The translations under genes and the position numbers were made by a program. A stretch of DNA of 20,000 nucleotides from IMG/VR virus record IMGVR_UViG_3300029954_000006; one strand, given 5' to 3'. Of this stretch, positions 16,397-20,000 are shown piece after piece. Within the stretch, counting starts at the first letter, position 1. Each line of letters begins with the position of its first letter. The notes beneath the pieces are model-generated. The model was not told the DNA's origin, did not search any database, and saw only the letters and a list, made by a program, of their open reading frames with translations. Origin of the DNA: an uncultured virus (IMG/VR IMGVR_UViG_3300029954_000006) (lineage: Duplodnaviria > Heunggongvirae > Uroviricota > Caudoviricetes).

Positions 16397-18418
16397 CTAG
16401 CGGATCGTCATGCGGGCGATGCGAGCCGCCCGGGAAGCCTCGGCGGATTTGGCGGCGGCGGCCACCTGCGCCGCAGGGGCAACCGCCGGCGCATCTGGGC
16501 GCCGGTCAGGTTCGGCGCTGGCCCGGGGTTGATCCGCCCAACCGCCAAGCGCCTCGGCCCGCCTGTTCAGCTTGAGGCCGGCGTTGAGCAGCCCGCAGAG
16601 CGCGGCGTAGGCGTAGACCCTCATGTCGAGCGCCTCATTTGCTCGGCCCGGGATCAGTTCCCACACCCGGAACGCGCGGCCGGCGACCAGCTTCGTGGCC
16701 GACCTTTCCGAAACAAGTTGCGCGAAATAGTTGATGTCGCGGTCGGTCGGGAAGTGCATGTAGCCGGCTATCGGCCCCATGGCGCCGTCGAGCGGCGGCT
16801 TTATCGCCAGGCGCGAGCGGATGACATCCTTGGCGGCGTTCACCCCGATGATGATTGGCCGGAACGCCGCCTTGTTGCGCGCCGACGGCCGCTTCGTGGG
16901 CCACACCGGCGAGCGTGTGCCGCCCCGCGCGGCCTCGCCCTTGATCGCCCAGACCCGCCGGCCGAGGCGCTCGCGGGAGAAATTGTAGACGCGCTGGGTG
17001 TGGTGGCCGCCGCTGTCGATGCAGGTCGCCATGATCTCGAAGCCGCGCCCGTCGCCGCGTTTCCAGATGCGTTTGAGGAACCCGTCGACCTGATCCCATA
17101 GCGGCGTCGTGTCGGGATCGCCCTCGATTACCTCATGCGCGATCGACCAGCTTTCCTCGTTGCGGCCCCAGCCGACGACCTCGATCTCGACGCGATCGTC
17201 CTGCACGTCCACGCCCGCGGTCACCACGGCCACGCCATCGGGCACCTCGGCGGCGAACACTTCCGTGCGGGCCGCGAGCGTCCGCTCGTTCAAAGCACCT
17301 TGGCCGCGATCCTCGTACGGGAGGCCGAGCACCAGGTTGTGGAACGTCTTGCGCTGGAGCGGGTCATCCTTCACCCGCAGCCACTCGGCGACCAGCATCG
17401 CCCAACGGGCGTTGACGAACAGCGAATAGGCGGCCCAAACGTGAAAGCCAGCGTGGCCGGAAAACGGCCGCGTGGCCCGCCACTCGCCCGCCGCGATCAT
17501 CGGCGCCTTGTCGCTCTCCTCAATGATGCAGCCGTTCGCGCGGCAGACGTAATGCACCGTGTCGGGCAGGCCGCGCCCCTTGTCGTCGCGATCCCATTTG
17601 ATGCCGTACGGCAGATCGGGGCCGCCCCATTCGAGGCGCTGCATTTCGCCGCAATGCGGGCACGGCACGAAATAGTACCGCTGGTCGCTTTCGAGGAACC
17701 GCTTCTCGATGCGGCTTGTCCCGGCCGTCGTCGGCGTCGATCCGGCGACGATGACGCGGTTCCAATAGGAATCCGACCGCTTGATCCCGAGCGCGATCTG
17801 ATCGCCCTCGGAGCCGACGCCGCCCACGGGATAGCCGTCAACCTCATCGAACAGCACGACGCGTGCGGAGATGCGCCGGAACCCGCCAGCGGAGTTCGCG
17901 CCAATGAATGCCACCGACGCGCCGTTGCGAAACGTGCGCTTGAGCATGCGCTGCGCCGGATCGCTCGCGCGCTGTTCGCCGGCGATCTCGGCCAGCACGG
18001 GCGTGTCGCGCAGCATCGGCTCGATCTCGGACGTGCTGTAATCCTCCGCGTCCTCCACGCGGGGCTGCACGACGAGGACCGGCGACGGATCCTGATGGAT
18101 GAAATAGCCGATCGTGTGGTCAAGGATGCGCGTGTAGCCCACGCGGGCCGATTTCATTACGGTGATCTCGGTCACCGATGGATCGGTCACCGCGTCCATC
18201 ATCCCGATCTGATAGCCGTAGGCGTGGAACTTGCCGGGTTGCGCGCTGGTTTCGCGCGAGAGCACGGCATAGCGGTCAGCCCATTGCGACAGCGTGAGAT
18301 TCGGCGGTGGCCCCAGCCGCAGCAGCACCGATCGCATCGTCGCCAACAGCGCCGGCGATCCCTTCGGCGACAGGCTGGGCATATATGGCGGTGTTCGCGA
18401 TTTCGGTGAGCGCGTCAT
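16397..18418 (-). CDS. terL: Terminase large subunit, lambda GpA family (up to 673 aa; alternative ATG starts at 18382 and 18337)
   Basis: Walker A KSARVGYT, Walker B VLFDEVD, GSTPT, CPHCGE, nuclease AGVDVQDDR, IDSGGH, RANEALD. Confidence 0.97.
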   Translation of the reverse strand: MTRSPKSRTPPYMPSLSPKGSPALLATMRSVLLRLGPPPNLTLSQWADRYAVLSRETSAQPGKFHAYGYQIGMMDAVTDPSVTEITVMKSARVGYTRILDHTIGYFIHQDPSPVLVVQPRVEDAEDYSTSEIEPMLRDTPVLAEIAGEQRASDPAQRMLKRTFRNGASVAFIGANSAGGFRRISARVVLFDEVDGYPVGGVGSEGDQIALGIKRSDSYWNRVIVAGSTPTTAGTSRIEKRFLESDQRYYFVPCPHCGEMQRLEWGGPDLPYGIKWDRDDKGRGLPDTVHYVCRANGCIIEESDKAPMIAAGEWRATRPFSGHAGFHVWAAYSLFVNARWAMLVAEWLRVKDDPLQRKTFHNLVLGLPYEDRGQGALNERTLAARTEVFAAEVPDGVAVVTAGVDVQDDRVEIEVVGWGRNEESWSIAHEVIEGDPDTTPLWDQVDGFLKRIWKRGDGRGFEIMATCIDSGGHHTQRVYNFSRERLGRRVWAIKGEAARGGTRSPVWPTKRPSARNKAAFRPIIIGVNAAKDVIRSRLAIKPPLDGAMGPIAGYMHFPTDRDINYFAQLVSERSATKLVAGRAFRVWELIPGRANEALDMRVYAYAALCGLLNAGLKLNRRAEALGGWADQPRASAEPDRRPDAPAVAPAAQVAAAAKSAEASRAARIARMTIR

Positions 18419-18854
18419 CGACCGCGCCTTTCAGGATCGACACCAGTTCCCGCAGCGTTTTGGCCCGATGCAGCGCGGGTCCAACGCTGCTCGGCAACGC
18501 GAGGAACCGCGCGCGAATGTTGATAATAATCATTGACCAGGCCGTCTCGACATCATCGCGCGCGAGCAGCGTTCCCGCGAGCAATTCAACCTCGGCCTCG
18601 GCCTTGCGCGCCCGCGCGGTCAGCAGCCGGGTGCGCGAACCAAGAAACTCGCCGCTCTTGGCGTCGCCTTCGACCGTGCGCTCGCGCAGGTATTTGATGT
18701 AGGCGCGCACCACCGGCGCGATCTCGTATCGGCCGCGTTCGGCCCTGGGCAGGACGCCACGCGCCGCGAGATTGTAGATCTGGCGCTCGGTCAGATCGAG
18801 CAGCCGCGCGATGGTGCCAATCGGATAAGTCGCCGGAGCCGGAGCATCGGACAT
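18276..18854 (-). CDS. terS: Terminase small subunit, lambda Nu1-like, 192 aa
   Basis: Start moved to ATG 18854. N-terminal winged HTH IARLLDLTERQIYNLAARGVLP...GRYEI..VVRAYIKYLR, then coiled coil RTRLLTARARKAE.E...GTLL. Overlaps the terL start. Confidence 0.9.
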   Translation of the reverse strand: MSDAPAPATYPIGTIARLLDLTERQIYNLAARGVLPRAERGRYEIAPVVRAYIKYLRERTVEGDAKSGEFLGSRTRLLTARARKAEAEVELLAGTLLARDDVETAWSMIIINIRARFLALPSSVGPALHRAKTLRELVSILKGAVDDALTEIANTAIYAQPVAEGIAGAVGDDAIGAAAAGATAESHAVAMG

Positions 18855-18975
18855 CGCGAAAACTCCAGTTTTAACTCGCCAGTTTCCCAAATGAGCAGTT
18901 GCGGCAGGCCGCGTTTTGCGGCTCCCTGCGTTGGCGGTTCCGCATCCCGCGAGCCGCGAACAGGGACTTTCTCGA
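18855..18975. promoter_or_regulatory. Divergent intergenic region; candidate late promoter and cos/packaging region
   Basis: Only spacer between the head-to-head terS and DUF932 genes. Relatively AT-rich near terS, with repeated AACTC(G)CCAGTTT-like words and short GCCGC/GCGGC dyads. Function is inferred. Confidence 0.45.
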
Positions 18976-19833
18976 ATGACGTTTATCAATCGACACTCGA
19001 TGCACATCGGCCAATCGGTCCTGACCGACGAGCAGATTTCCACCGCGGCGCCCTCGGTATTCGCCTCCGAGGCGCATGAGAGCCGCAGCGCGCGGTTCGC
19101 GGTCATCCCCACGGGCGTGGTCATCGGCGCCCTTCGCGCCGAGGGGTTCGATCCGGTTTTCGCCAAGCAGAGCGCCGCGCGGTACGGCAGGAACGAGCAC
19201 GGCAAGCATCTGGTCCGGTTCCGCCATCGCAGCCAGCCTAGCACGACGCATGGCCTGCGGGTCGGCGCCACGTTCCCCGAGGTCGTTCTGGTCAACGCGC
19301 AGGACGGATCATCGGCCTACAAGCTCTATGCCGGTGTTTTCAGGCTGGTTTGCCTCAACGGCATGATCGCGTCGGACCGGCTCGACGGCTCGGTATCGGT
19401 CAGTCATTCCGGCGACGTTCGGTCCAAGGTCATCCAGGGCAGTTACAAGGTGCTCAACGAGAGCCGGACGGCGCTGCAATGCGCCGACGCCTGGGCCGGG
19501 ATCGAGCTGTCCCCCGATGAGCAACACGCGTTCGCCGAGCAGGCGCATTTCCTGCGGTTCGCCGATGCCGCCGGCGAGATATCGACCGCGATCCGCCCCG
19601 AGCAGTTGCTCGATGTCCGCCGCCAGGAGGATCGGCCGAACGATCTCTGGACGACGTTCAACCGGATCCAGGAAAACGCTGTGCGCGGCGGCCTGCGCGG
19701 CCTGACGCGCGATCCCGTGACGCGGCGCACCCGCCGCAGCACATCGCGCGAAGTCCAGGGCATCGACGGCGATGTGCGCCTCAACCGGGCACTCTGGGCT
19801 CTCGGCGCGCGCATGGCCGAAATCAAGGCCTGA
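18976..19833 (+). CDS. DUF932 (DUF945; YafZ/YfjQ-like) family protein, 285 aa
   Basis: Start moved to ATG 18976 (AGGGA SD). APSVFASEAHESRSARF..IPT...LRAEGF.P, KHLVRFR, EVVLVN..DGSSAY.L.AGVFRLVCLNGMI, RRQED..NDLWTTFNRIQEN, GIDGDVRLNRALW. Confidence 0.93.
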   Translation: MTFINRHSMHIGQSVLTDEQISTAAPSVFASEAHESRSARFAVIPTGVVIGALRAEGFDPVFAKQSAARYGRNEHGKHLVRFRHRSQPSTTHGLRVGATFPEVVLVNAQDGSSAYKLYAGVFRLVCLNGMIASDRLDGSVSVSHSGDVRSKVIQGSYKVLNESRTALQCADAWAGIELSPDEQHAFAEQAHFLRFADAAGEISTAIRPEQLLDVRRQEDRPNDLWTTFNRIQENAVRGGLRGLTRDPVTRRTRRSTSREVQGIDGDVRLNRALWALGARMAEIKA

Positions 19834-19840
19834 TCCCGGG

Positions 19841-19870
19841 GGGGCCGATGGGCTGCAACCCGTCGGCCCC
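19841..19870 (+). other. Strong stem-loop after DUF932 (12-bp stem with one G-U pair, 6-nt loop); possible atypical terminator or mRNA-stability element
   Basis: GGGGCCGATGGG-CTGCAA-CCCGTCGGCCCC begins 8 nt after the stop codon and lacks a U-tract. Confidence 0.55.
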
Positions 19871-19922
19871 GTTGGGCAATGCCGCAACGTCGCTTCATTT
19901 CCGGCTAGGGAACACATCCACG

Positions 19923-20000
19923 ATGGACACTATCGATAATGACCCGCTTTCCGGCGCACAAGAGGCGGCACCGCCGCCGCTCACGGTGCCCGAGGCGAAG
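19923..20000 (+). CDS. Hypothetical protein, 5' fragment (MDTIDNDPLSGAQEAAPPPLTVPEAK...)
   Basis: ATG with AGGGAA upstream; frame open to the window end; too short to assign. Confidence 0.4.
   Translation, partial: MDTIDNDPLSGAQEAAPPPLTVPEAK

Noticed and set aside
18855..19295. 147-aa N-terminal extension of terS in the ORF track
   Set aside because: Antisense to DUF932; the HTH begins right after ATG 18854.

Overview
High-GC window carrying an apparently intact prophage/phage virion-morphogenesis operon on the minus strand (18854 to <1). A lambda-like head module (terS, GpA-type terL, gpW, portal, S49 protease, scaffold, decoration protein, gpE-type capsid, FII-like) is joined to a Mu-like contractile tail module (DUF2635, sheath, tube, assembly chaperone with -1 frameshift, tape measure, DNA-circularization protein, baseplate hub running off the window). 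A divergent DUF932 gene starts 121 bp from terS. The most unusual feature is two tandem paralogous tape-measure genes that share N-terminal and C-terminal scaffolds but carry different predicted cell-wall hydrolase cassettes (CHAP/TIGR02594-like versus RNNNP-type lysozyme-like). They share a 56-bp perfect identity block and follow a tail chaperone whose domain is itself duplicated. All family assignments come from motif recognition and synteny, not from database searches.
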